DNA of 64,000 nucleotides from an uncultured Actinomycetes bacterium (GTDB taxonomy: Bacteria; Actinomycetota; Thermoleophilia; Gaiellales; Gaiellaceae): assembly GCA_963830835.1 (NCBI GenBank), contig CAWHNJ010000022.1, positions 67,434-131,433 on the forward strand. Direction: 5' to 3'. The translations under genes and the position numbers were made by a program. Of the stretch, positions 21,471-30,427 are shown in pieces. The notes beneath the pieces were generated by a model that saw nothing but the letters and a program-made list of their open reading frames with translations, did not search any database and was not told the DNA's origin. How positions within the stretch are numbered: the stretch's first letter is position 1; each line of letters begins with the position of its first letter.

Positions 21471-21859
21471 TCGACACGGACCTCCTGATCGAGTGGGAGC
21501 GGAGGGAGGACGCTGATGCACTCGAAGCCGTCGTCGGCCCTGTGGAGAGAGCGATCAGCGTCGTGACGGTCAGCGAGCTGCTCCACGGCGTGCACCGTTC
21601 TACGGGCGCACGCCGCGCACGCCGGCGCGCGTTCGTGGAGCACCTGCTGGCGGGCATCGAGGCGCTGCCGATCACGGAGGCGATCGCCCGAGTTCATGCC
21701 GAGGCCTGGGCCGACCTCAGCCGACGCGGCGAAGCCATCGGCGCTCACGACCTCTGGATTGCAGCCACCGCCCTGGCGCACGGCTTCGCCGTCGCGACAC
21801 GCAATCGCAACGATTTCGCGCGCGTTCGTGGGTTACGCGTCCTGGCGCCGGCTCGATAG
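21458..21859 (+). CDS. vapC: PIN-domain toxin (VapC-like), start codon unclear
   Basis: LAVLIDTDLLIEWERRE...ISVVTVSELLHGVH...ITEAIARVHAEAWADLSRRGEAIGAHDLWIAATALAHGFAVATRNRNDF. The ORF track begins only at 21542, because no ATG/GTG/TTG precedes the LIDTD motif. Confidence 0.75.
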   Translation: MAVLIDTDLLIEWERREDADALEAVVGPVERAISVVTVSELLHGVHRSTGARRARRRAFVEHLLAGIEALPITEAIARVHAEAWADLSRRGEAIGAHDLWIAATALAHGFAVATRNRNDFARVRGLRVLAPAR

Positions 21860-21884
21860 CTGGACGTTCGAGAGCAGCCGGACG

Positions 21885-21912
21885 GGAACCTTCCGGCTCG
21901 CATTCGCGACTA
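21885..21912 (+). promoter_or_regulatory. Candidate ECF-type promoter GGAAC-N16/17-CGAC, close enough to give a near-leaderless sigma transcript
   Basis: GGAAC at 21885-89 and CGAC at 21907-10, 6 nt before the GTG at 21917. This is pattern resemblance only. Confidence 0.3.
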
Positions 21913-21916
21913 TGTA

Positions 21917-22458
21917 GTGATGGCGAACCCGCAACCCGCGTCCGAACGACGTGTCGAGCGAGACTTCGAGGTCGAGGACGCCGAGCTCGTGCGGCGGGCG
22001 CAGCTGGGTAGCGTCGCGGCCTTCGAGGCGCTGGTCGTACGGCACGGGCCGCGGCTGCAGCGGTACCTGAGAGTCGAGCTGCGGCACGAGAGCGACGCGC
22101 ACGACGCGTTGCAGGAAGCCCTGACGGCCGCCTGGCGTGGGCTCCCACGCTCCGCCGCGCCGACCGCTTCTGGCCATGGCTTGCCGGCATCGCGTCCAAC
22201 AAGGCTGCCGACGTCCACCGCCGCCGAACGCGAACAGCCGACGCGGAGAGCGCCGGCCGAGACGATGACAACGACCTGCTGCTCGAGACGAGGGAGGCGC
22301 TCTCCGCGCTCCCGCCGCAGTACCGCGAGGTGCTGCTGCTCCGCTACCTGCTCGGGCTGAGCGAGGAGGAAGCGGCGGCGGCGCTCGGCGTCCGCGTCGG
22401 CACGATCAAGTCGAGGAGCTCGCGGGCGCGGCGTGCCTTGCTGGAGGAGCTGGGATGA
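21917..22458 (+). CDS. ECF (group 4) sigma-70 family factor, frameshift near 22146
   Basis: Region 2: ELVRRAQLGSVAAFEALVVRHGPRLQRYL...DAHDALQEALTAAWRGLP. The second frame gives RFWPWLAGIASNKAADVHRRR...LPPQYREVLLLRYLLGLSEEEAAAALGVRVGTIKSRSSRARRALLEEL (region 4). Confidence 0.85.
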
Positions 22459-23730
22459 GGCGCAACCGGCAGGAACAGGAGCACGTCATCCGTCAGCTGC
22501 TCGCCCGTCTCGCCGACGAAGCGGGCGACCCGACGGAGGTCGAGCTGCGCAAGGCCGCGCGGCTCGCGGCCGCCGAAGGACGAAGCCCGCAGCAGCGCCC
22601 GGCCGCGGCCACGCGACCCTGGCGTCCGCTCCGCGTGCGCTGGGCTGCCGGCGGCGCAGCGGCGCTGCTCCTCGCCACGGCCCTCGGCTTCGGCGTCGCC
22701 TCCTGGCTCACTCCGACGAGCAGCGCGCGAACGGACGTCGAGGGCTTCGGCTTCCTGCCCGCGACGGGCTGGACGGTGATCCAGGTCGGGCTCCCCGGCT
22801 CCGCCGAGTCGACGCGCATGGTGGCTGCCAACGTCCCTATCTCGCCTGGCGATCCCAGTCGCGGCCAGCCACCAGCGCTTCACGCATTTCCCCCCGTGGA
22901 CAATCGTTATCGACGCGACACTGAAGGCGCGCGGAGAGCCGGCCCGGGACCTCGCGTTCCCGGTGCGTAGCCTGCCGCTGAGCCTGGCGGACGCGAGGCC
23001 GGTCACCGTGACAGGCCAGCCGACGCTGGAGTACGTCCTCCGCGCGGGAGTCAACGGCTACAACGTCGACGCGAGCGTCACCTTCGCTACCGAGCCCACG
23101 GACGAGATGTTCGGCAAGGCCGAGGAGCAGATCGCGCGACTCGTCGTCGCTCCGGCAGCGATCACGATCTCCGTCCGGCCGACGATCTTCGGACGGCAAG
23201 GCCCGCTCGTCGTATCGGGATCGGTGACGAGCGGGAAGGCCGACGAGAAGGTGACGCTCCAGTTCAGGCAGTGCGGCCTCGTCCCGGCCCAGTTCCGCGA
23301 CCTCACCGAGGTGACGACGCACGAGGGCGGTGGCTGGTCGATCGAGACCGGCGTCCTCGCGAACGGCGTCTTTCGAGCGCTCTCCGGCAGCGACGTGTCG
23401 AACGAGGTGCAAGTGCAGAAGAGGGTGGACGTGCGCCTCGCGCCGGCACCGCCCCGGCGGTTCGTCGTCAACGTCGTCGAGCGGTTCCAGTTCTGGCGGA
23501 AGCAGGTGCTCATCCAGCGCTTCCACCGCGGACAGGGCAAGTGGCTGCTCGTAAAGAAGCTCCGGCTCGTGAACACGAACGCGGCCCCGGGGTCTTCGTT
23601 CGTCTGGTCGACGACCGACGAGTTCGCCGTCGACGTCGCCAAGGGCACGACCATCAGGGCCGTCCTGCCGCTCGCCCAGGCCAAGCCCTGCCACATCGGC
23701 GGCTACAGCAACCTCCTGGTGACGAAGTGA
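22455..23730 (+). CDS. Putative membrane anti-sigma factor whose extracytoplasmic C-terminus is a copy of the secreted paralog family (P1); frameshift in the C-run at 22891-95
   Basis: ATGA overlap with the sigma gene. One TM segment (AAGGAAALLLATALGFGVASWL). The C-terminal 200 aa ITISVRPTIFGRQGPLVVSGSVTSGKADEKVTLQFRQCG...LIQRFHRGQGKWLLV...VAKGTTIRAVLPLAQAKPCHIGGYSNLLVTK align with P2-P6. Confidence 0.6.
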
Positions 23731-24374
23731 GGCGCTCGGCCTGGATCGCAGGGGCGTTCGTCGCAGCCGCGCTCAGCCTGGGCTTCCGGGCCGCCGCTGA
23801 CGAAACGATCTCGTGGTGGGTCCGTCCGCTGATCGTCCGCTGGGACGAGCTCGTCACGGCCAGCGGGACGATCGGGAGCGGCCAGGCGGGCCAGCTGGTG
23901 ACGATCCAGCAACGCGTCTGCGACCAGCAGACGTGGCGAGACGTCGGAGAGGCAACTACCACGGACGGTGGCAACTGGTCGGTCGACTTCCTCACCAGGA
24001 TCAGCGGGCTCCTGCGTGCCACCTCCGGCGGCGCGACGACCGACCCGGTGCAACTCCAGCAGCGGCCGTACGTCTTCTTCTCACAACGCCCTCCAGGGCG
24101 GTTCCGGGCGGGCGTTCAGGCGCAGCGGCAGTACTGGCACAGGAGGATGCGGATCGACCGGTTCGACCGCGCGCGCGGTGCGTGGGTGACGGTGAAGCGC
24201 GTGCTGATCACCAAGACCGAAGGAGACGGGGGCGGCGGCATGTCGGACATCGCGAGCACGACCGACCTCTTCCGAATCAACGTCCCGAAGGGCACGAACC
24301 TGAGAGCCGTCCTGCCCACAGAGGTCGGGAGGCCGTGCTACGTCGCAGGCTTCAGCGCTATCGTCCGCCGTTGA
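23727..24374 (+). CDS. Secreted paralog P2 (unrecognised two-domain family)
   Basis: GTGA overlap with the upstream gene. Signal VRRSAWIAGAFVAAALSLGFRAAA, then ...TIQQRVCDQQTWRD...RIDRFDRARGAWVTV...NVPKGTNLRAVLPTEVGRPCYVAGFSAIVRR. Frame intact. Confidence 0.7.
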   Translation: MRRSAWIAGAFVAAALSLGFRAAADETISWWVRPLIVRWDELVTASGTIGSGQAGQLVTIQQRVCDQQTWRDVGEATTTDGGNWSVDFLTRISGLLRATSGGATTDPVQLQQRPYVFFSQRPPGRFRAGVQAQRQYWHRRMRIDRFDRARGAWVTVKRVLITKTEGDGGGGMSDIASTTDLFRINVPKGTNLRAVLPTEVGRPCYVAGFSAIVRR

Positions 24375-24448
24375 GCAACATCCCCTCGTCACGAAGTGAC
24401 GCGCTCGACACGGGCTATCGGTCTGCTGGAAAGCGCGTCTAACCAGTC

Positions 24449-25087
24449 GTGAGACGCGGGCTCTTCACCGTGGCCGCTGTTGCCGCCGGCCTCGGGCTCG
24501 GCCTCGGCGGCACGGCGGCCGAGACGATCTCGATCAGCGCCCGGCCGACGATCACCGGTGCCGGGGACCGTGTCGTCGTGACCGGCTCGATCGGCAGCGG
24601 ACGCGCCGACGTCGACGTCACGCTCGAGGCGAAGTACTGCGACGAGCCGGCATGGCGGGAGCTTTCCGCGACGCACACCGACCAGGGAGGCACGTGGTAC
24701 CTCGAATACGTGCCGCTGATCACGCAGCTGATCCGGGCGAAGGGCGCGGGCGCCACGAGCACCGAGGTCAAGGTGCAGACGCGGCCCACTGTTTCCCTCG
24801 GCCAGAGGCCACCCGGCATGTTCTTCGTCAACGTCAACTCCCAGCGGGGGTTCTGGCGCAAGCGCGTCTCCCTGCAGCGTTTCGACCGCGAGAAGCGCGT
24901 CTGGCGCGAGATCCGCAAGATCCAGCTCACGGAGACCGGCGCCCCACCGGGCGTCGGCTGGGTGTGGACCGGCAGCGAGAAGGTCCGCGTCCAGGTCCCC
25001 AAGGGAACTACCCTGCGCGCCGTGCTTCCGCTCTCGCAGACGAGGCCGTGCTACCTCGCCGGCTACAGCAACCTTCTGCGACGATGA
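24449..25087 (+). CDS. Secreted paralog P3
   Basis: ORF 24449..25087, intact. Signal MRRGLFTVAAVAAGLGLGLGGTAA, then ISISARPTITGAGDRVVVTGSIGSGRADVDVTLEAKYC...SLQRFDREKRVWREI...QVPKGTTLRAVLPLSQTRPCYLAGYSNLLRR. Confidence 0.75.
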   Translation: MRRGLFTVAAVAAGLGLGLGGTAAETISISARPTITGAGDRVVVTGSIGSGRADVDVTLEAKYCDEPAWRELSATHTDQGGTWYLEYVPLITQLIRAKGAGATSTEVKVQTRPTVSLGQRPPGMFFVNVNSQRGFWRKRVSLQRFDREKRVWREIRKIQLTETGAPPGVGWVWTGSEKVRVQVPKGTTLRAVLPLSQTRPCYLAGYSNLLRR

Positions 25088-25713
25088 GGCGCGCTCGCCC
25101 TCACCGTCGTCGTCGTATTCGCGACCGCAGGCCTCGCCGCTGCCGCCGTCGTCGCGGACAGCGTGACGCTGCAGCTGCGCGCGAACGTCCTTCGCTCGAA
25201 CGAGTACAGCGTGGGTGTCGTGGGCGACATCTCGAGCGGCGCAGAGGGCGAGTACGTGGTCGTGAAAGGCAAGGAGTGCGGCATCCCGGGCGCATTCTTC
25301 CGCGGCCTCGGCGGCGGTACGACTCTCGCGGGGGGCCGGTACGAGGCGTCCGTCCTCGTCCGCACGAAGACGACGCTCCGCGCCGAGTGGAAGGGGACGA
25401 CGAGCCTGCCGGTGGTCGTCAACAAGCGCGCGTACATCACGCTCACGAAGGAGGAGGACGGCTTCCGCGTAGGCGTAGCAAGCGAGACGCACAACGTCGA
25501 CGGGAAGAAGGCGACCATCGAGCGCCTCACGTCCACGGGTTGGAGGAAGCTCCAGACGGTCGTCCTGAAGGCGCAGCCGGTTACGTCCAGTACGCGGAGA
25601 AGAAGAAGCTCCGCTTCCAGGTGCCGAAGGGGACGACGATCCGCGCGGTGCTCCCGCGCTCGCAGGCTGGCGCCTGCTACCTGGCCGGATACAGCAAGCT
25701 GGTGCGAACATGA
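25084..25713 (+). pseudogene. Secreted paralog P4 with two frameshifts (near 25097 and 25585)
   Basis: ATGA overlap with P3. Reconstructed as MRRALALTVVVVFATAGLAAAAVVADSVTLQL...VVVKGKECG...IERLTSTGWRKLQTVVLKAQ-GYVQYAEKKKLRFQVPKGTTIRAVLPRSQAGACYLAGYSKLVRT. Confidence 0.65.
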
Positions 25714-26333
25714 GGTCGCGTTCGGCGCTCTGCTGTCCTTCTAGCTGTCGGGGCGACGGCAGCTACGGCGCTCGCCGCGGCTGCTGACACCGTGACCATC
25801 GCCGCCCACCCGGGAAATCGATCCGCTGGCCGGCGATCGCGTCGCTGGCGGGACAGGTCTCGAAGGGCAAGGCAGGCGAGATCGTCACGCTCGAGGCCAA
25901 GCAGTGCCCATCGCAAGTGTTCTCGGAGATCGGCCGGACTCGCACGACTGCGGGCGGCGCCTGGTCCGCGGAAGCCGGAGTGCAGACGAAGACCACGATA
26001 CGCGCCACGTGGCAAGGCTCCCGCAGCCGCCACAGTGGTCGTCCTCGTTCGCCCACACCTCGTGCTCGGCCAAGTCTCGAGCCGTCTCTTTCGGGCATAC
26101 CTCACGCTCGGAAGGTTTGCGAACGGCAAGCAGCTCGTGCTCCAGCGCTTCGGCGGCGAGGATCGTGGCTGGACCGCCGTCAAGGCGTTCGTCTTCCGAA
26201 GCCCGTCGACCGGCTGGCCGCAGATGACCTTCACGGCAAGCGTGCCGAAGGGAACGCTGCTGCGGTTGACGCTGCCGCGCGCCAGGCACAACCGTGCTAC
26301 CTAGCCGGATACAGCAACCTGCTACAGACGTAG
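25710..26333 (+). pseudogene. Secreted paralog P5 with at least four frameshifts
   Basis: ATGA overlap with P4. Pieces in two frames: TVTIAAHPG / EIDPLAGDRVALAGQVSKGKAGEIVTLEAKQCPSQ...TTIRATWQGSRS / ATVVVLVRPHLVL...LVLQRFGGEDRGWTAVKAF...SVPKGTLLRLTLPRA / QAQPCYLAGYSNLLQT. Confidence 0.6.
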
Positions 26334-26343
26334 AGGAGGCGAC

Positions 26344-27349
26344 GTGACGGAAGTCGGAGGGAACCTCGGGCAGGCGGCGGAGATCGCCGGGCGACTGCTC
26401 GCGAACATCGAGACGGTCGTCCACGGCAAGACGGACGAGGTGCGGCTCGTGCTCGCGGCGCTCGTCTGCGACGGCCACGTCCTGCTCGAGGACGTGCCGG
26501 GCACGGCGAAGACCGTGCTCGCCCGCGCCATCGCCGGCTCGGTGGAGGGCGCGTCCTTCGCGCGCATCCAGTGCACGCCCGACCTCCAGCCGACCGACGT
26601 CACCGGCCTGTCCGTCTTCAACCAGCGCGACCGCGACTTCGAGTTCCGGCCCGGGCCAGTGTTCGCGAACGTCCTGCTCGTCGACGAGATCAACCGTGCG
26701 ATGCCGAAGACGCAGTCGGCGCTGCTCGAGGCGATGGCTGAGTACCAGGCGACGATCGACGGCGTCACCCGCGAGCTGCCGAAGCCGTTCCTCGTGCTCG
26801 CCACCGAGAACCCGATCGAGCAGGAGGGGACGTTCCCGCTGCCGGAGGCTCAGCTCGACCGCTTCCTGCTCCGTACCGCGCTCGGCTACCCGGGCGAGGA
26901 GGAGGAGCTGCGGATCGTCGAGGAGCAGGTGGTGCGGCATCCGCTCAGCGGGCTACAGCCCGTGCTGTCGCTCGACGAGGTCAACACGCTGCGCGAAGCG
27001 ACCCACAGCGTGTACATCGATCCGCTGCTGCGGCGCTGGGCGATCCGGCTCGTGCGCGCGACGCGGGAGGCCGAGGGCGTGGCGATCGGCGCCTCTGTCC
27101 GCGGCTCGCTCGCCCTCGAGCGCTCGGCGCGCGCATGGGCGCTCCTCTCCGGCCGCGAGTTCGTGACGCCGGTCGACATCGAGCGGCTCTTCCTCCCTGT
27201 CGTCATGCACCGGATCGTGTTCACGCCGAGCTACGTCGCCACAGCACGCGAGATCGGCTGGCGGGAGGCGGCGGACGGGTTCCAGCGTCAGTGTCTCGAG
27301 ATCGCGCCGCCAGCCCGGAGTCGAGCTCGAGCAGGCCGTTTCGGTATGA
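26344..27349 (+). CDS. moxR: MoxR-family AAA+ ATPase, frameshift near 27310 just before its stop
   Basis: GHVLLEDVPGTAKTVLARAIA (Walker A), VLLVDEINRAMPKTQSALLEAM (Walker B), ATENPIEQEGTFPLPEAQLDRF. The real end GVELEQAVSV-stop overlaps the next ATG (ATGA 27346-49). An AGGAGG SD precedes the GTG at 26344. Confidence 0.9.
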
Positions 27350-28022
27350 AGTTGCTCGCGCTGGCGGGGCTCGGGCTGGCGCTCGCAGGCGGCGTCGCCG
27401 CAGCTTCGAGCCAGGCCGACCCGGTGACGCTGTCCATGCGCCAGTACACGAACTCGAGCAAATGGCGGGTCCACGTGTGGTACGGCCAGGTGGCGACCGG
27501 CGCAGCGGGCGAGGACGTCGAGGTGCTGGGGCAGGCGTGCCTCACGAAGGGCTTCCGCCTCTACATGGCGACGAAGACCGTTCCCGGAGGCGGCTACGAG
27601 GCCGAGAGCGTGTCTACGCAAATCCCCTACCAGCATCGGTGCAGGTCGACTCCGGCACGACGTTCCGGGCGCGCTGGCGAGACCAGCTCAGCAACACGAT
27701 CCTCCACAAGACTCCGATACTCGGCTTCTACCCGGTGAAGATCCCCAAGCGGCGAGCGTGGAAGGTGGTCGTCAACCCGGCGCCGCTCTACATGAAGCTG
27801 GGCGGCAAGCCCGTCATCCTGCAGCGCTTCCGTGCCGGCAAGTGGGAGCGCTTCAAGAGCGCGCCACTCGTCCTCAAGGCGAACTACGACTACGGCGGCG
27901 CGACGAACTACGAGGCGGTCTTCGAGACTCCCACGCGCGGCATGCGGCTTCGCGCCATCGTGCCCGCCAAGACCGTTGCGCCGTGCTACCTCGGCAAGAC
28001 GAGCCCGTCGTGGCGCACGTGA
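27346..28022 (+). CDS. Secreted paralog P6 (divergent member), frameshift near 27630
   Basis: MKLLALAGLGLALAGGVAAASS...EDVEVLGQACL...ASVQVDSGTTFRARWRD...VILQRFRAGKWERFKS...RGMRLRAIVPAKTVAPCYLGKTSPSWRT. Confidence 0.6.
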
Positions 28023-28608
28023 GGCTCCTTTTGTCGGCGTCGCTGCGGCCTCGCGGTCGCGGCCGGGATCGCCAGCGCAGCCTCGCAGCCCGCGTCGCGG
28101 ATCGTCGACCGCACGATGCTCTGCAAGACCTGGGGCTCCGGCTACCCCGACCCACTCCGCACCATGGCGGTCGTCGGCGTGCCCAACCAGGCGCAGGCCA
28201 CGAACGGGCCACAGGGATCGCCGCGGTTCGTCGTGGCCCAGATCGCCCTGGGGGTGAACGGCCAGGATCAGGTGGTCGTCAGCCGCACCGCGTGTGCTCC
28301 CACGAGCAAGCGCCTCCAGCTGTCTGCAAAAGGGCTGCGCAGCGGCGTGACCGACTTCGGAAACAAGTGGAAGTGCCCGGTGCCCGCCTCGGTGCTGATC
28401 CGTGTCCGCGCCGCCTTCGCGGGGCCGGTGACTCTCAAGCCGGCGCCGGACGCGAGCTACCTCCTGATCGCCACGGGACGTATCTCGAGCGGCTCGCTGG
28501 CCATCAAGACGAAGGACGGGACACCGCCTCGCCTTCGCGTCCGTCGACAACCGCGGGAAGGGCGCCATCTTCGTCGCCAGGCCCCGCTGCCAGCGGAACC
28601 GTTTTTGA
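28019..28608 (+). pseudogene. Hypothetical secreted Cys-containing protein with two frameshifts (near 28045 and 28535)
   Basis: GTGA overlap with P6 and TTGA overlap with DUF58. Core MLCKTWGSGYPDPLRTMAVVGVPNQ...VSRTACAPTSKRLQL...NKWKCPVPASVLIRVRAAF...LAFASVDNRGKGAIFVARPRCQRNRF. No known family recognised. Confidence 0.45.
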
Positions 28609-29507
28609 CGGCGACGACCTTCCCACTGATCCCGCGGCGGCGGGTGCTCGGCTTGCCGTTCGGAGCGCTGCACAGCGCGCGCCGCGGTCTCGGCTCTGAC
28701 GTCGCCGGCTCCCGCCCCTACCAGCCGGGGGACGACATCGACCGCATCGACTGGTACGCGTCGGCGCGGCTGTCCCTCGCGCGCGGCTCGGACGAGTTCG
28801 TCGTCCGCGAGCATTTCGCCGAGGAGGCGCCGCGCGTCGTCTCGCTCGTCGACCGCCGGCCGTCGATGTCGATCTTCCCCGAGGGCTGGCCCTGGCTGCA
28901 GAAGCCGGAGGCGATCCGCGGCGCGGTGCGGCTCATCTCCGACAGCGCCATCGCCGCCCGCGGCCTGCTCGGCTACCTCGACGAAGGCGAAGGCGAGCCG
29001 TTCTGGCACCCGCCGCGGAGCCAACACCTGCTCGGGGACGCCGACCTCGAGCGGCCGTTCGAGGCGCCTGCCGACACGCTCACGCGCAGCCTGCACCATC
29101 TCGTCGCGCAGCGCCGCGACCTGCCCGCAGGCACGTTCGTCTTCGTCATCTCAGACTTCCTCGAGCGGCCGAGCCGCGACGACTGGCTGCTCGTGCTCGA
29201 ACGGCGGTTCGAGATCGTGCCGGTGATCGTGCAAGACCTGCTCTGGGAGCAGAGCTTCCCCGACGTGAGCGGCGCGGCGGTGCCGTTCGCGGACGCCGCC
29301 ACCGGCCGCGTCTCACTGGCGGCGCTACGCGAGCACGAGGCGGCCGAGCGGCGCGAGCAGAACGAGACGCGCTTCCGCGACCTCGTCCGCGAGTTCCACG
29401 GGCTCGCGATGGATCCCGTCGTCGTCTCGTCGCACGAGCACCGCGACGTCGTCTTCTCGTTCCTCTCCTGGGCCGACCAGCGGCTGCTGACGAGGGGACG
29501 GCCGTGA
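28605..29507 (+). CDS. DUF58 (vWA-like, MoxR-associated) protein
   Basis: TTG start. GSDVAGSRPYQPGDDIDRIDWYASARL is the DUF58 hallmark (RxYxxGDxxRxIDW). The rest of ORF 28116..29507 is intact. Confidence 0.85.
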   Translation: MTATTFPLIPRRRVLGLPFGALHSARRGLGSDVAGSRPYQPGDDIDRIDWYASARLSLARGSDEFVVREHFAEEAPRVVSLVDRRPSMSIFPEGWPWLQKPEAIRGAVRLISDSAIAARGLLGYLDEGEGEPFWHPPRSQHLLGDADLERPFEAPADTLTRSLHHLVAQRRDLPAGTFVFVISDFLERPSRDDWLLVLERRFEIVPVIVQDLLWEQSFPDVSGAAVPFADAATGRVSLAALREHEAAERREQNETRFRDLVREFHGLAMDPVVVSSHEHRDVVFSFLSWADQRLLTRGRP

Positions 29508-30427
29508 GGCGCGCCGCCCTGCTTGCGCTGCTCGCCGCCGTAGCGCTCGCCGCGGGCTGCGGCGGAGGTGGTGAGGACATCGCGGCGCTGCCTCCCGGAA
29601 GCTTCGTCTCCGCGAGCGGAGAGCTCGGGCCGCCCATCCATCTCTTCGGCGACACGATCGGCGCAGACGTCAGCGTCGTCGTCGACAAGACGAAGCTCGA
29701 CCCGGGACGGGTCAGCCTGAAGACGTTCTTCGAGCCGTACGAGCCGATCGAGGAGATGGAGGTCGCTCGCCGCGAGGCAGGGAATCTGGCGGAGATTCGC
29801 TACCGGCCCGTCTCCGCTGCCTCGAGCGTGCCTGCATCACCTCGACCCTCGGGACGATCCAGAATCCGGCGGAGTGCGCCGCGCACGTTCCGGTTCCAGC
29901 CCGCGCAGGTGCAGTACACCGATCCCGGCGCGGAACAGCCGCGGCTCCTGCGCACGGTCCGGTTCTCGCCGATCGAATCGGTCACGCGCATCAACGCGCA
30001 GGACGTGACGCAGGTCTACGGCTTCCCCTTCCGCGGCAGCTTCACGCCGCTGCCCGCGATCTCGCAGCGCATGTCCGCGACGACGCTCGGCGTCCTCCTG
30101 CTTCTGCTCGCGGCGGCCTTGCTCGTGCTGCCCGTGATCCTGGCCCTCCGCTGGTGGCGCGCACGCAGACAGCCGCCGCCGCCCGAGCCCGAGCCGGAGC
30201 CCACGCCGCTCGAGCGCGCGATCGCACTCGTCGAGTGGTCGCTGGCGAGTGAGAACGGAGCCGAGCGGCGGGCGGCGCTCGACGCGCTCGCCACGGAGCT
30301 GGACGTCGTTGAGTCGAACGGCCTGGCCGACGAGACACGCGTTGCGGCCTGGTCGCCGCCCTCGCCCTCGACCGACGAGGCAGAGCGAATCCTCACCCTC
30401 GTGAAGGAGCGGCATGGCGACGCTTGA
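29504..30427 (+). CDS. Lipoprotein with a C-terminal TM anchor (occupies the BatD-like position)
   Basis: Lipobox LALAAGCGGG. TM segment TTLGVLLLLLAAALLVLPVILAL followed by RWWRARRQPPPPEPEPEP. There may be hidden compensating frameshifts at 29808-29885. Confidence 0.6.
   Translation: MRRAALLALLAAVALAAGCGGGGEDIAALPPGSFVSASGELGPPIHLFGDTIGADVSVVVDKTKLDPGRVSLKTFFEPYEPIEEMEVARREAGNLAEIRYRPVSAASSVPASPRPSGRSRIRRSAPRTFRFQPAQVQYTDPGAEQPRLLRTVRFSPIESVTRINAQDVTQVYGFPFRGSFTPLPAISQRMSATTLGVLLLLLAAALLVLPVILALRWWRARRQPPPPEPEPEPTPLERAIALVEWSLASENGAERRAALDALATELDVVESNGLADETRVAAWSPPSPSTDEAERILTLVKERHGDA

Noticed and set aside
24375-24448. A possible second ECF-type promoter (GGAAAG-N15-CGTG) and a GTCAC-GAA-GTGAC palindrome in the only sizeable gap (P2/P3) of the paralog array
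   Set aside because: The match to the putative sigma promoter at 21885 is weak and the elements are short. They cannot be distinguished from chance without TSS data.
26344-27738. A 464-aa ORF suggesting a MoxR ATPase fused to a secreted paralog
   Set aside because: The +1 frame carries the MoxR end ...GVELEQAVSV-TGA, overlapping the ATG of the paralog (ATGA at 27346-49). A single indel near 27310 explains the read-through, and the paralog has its own signal peptide.
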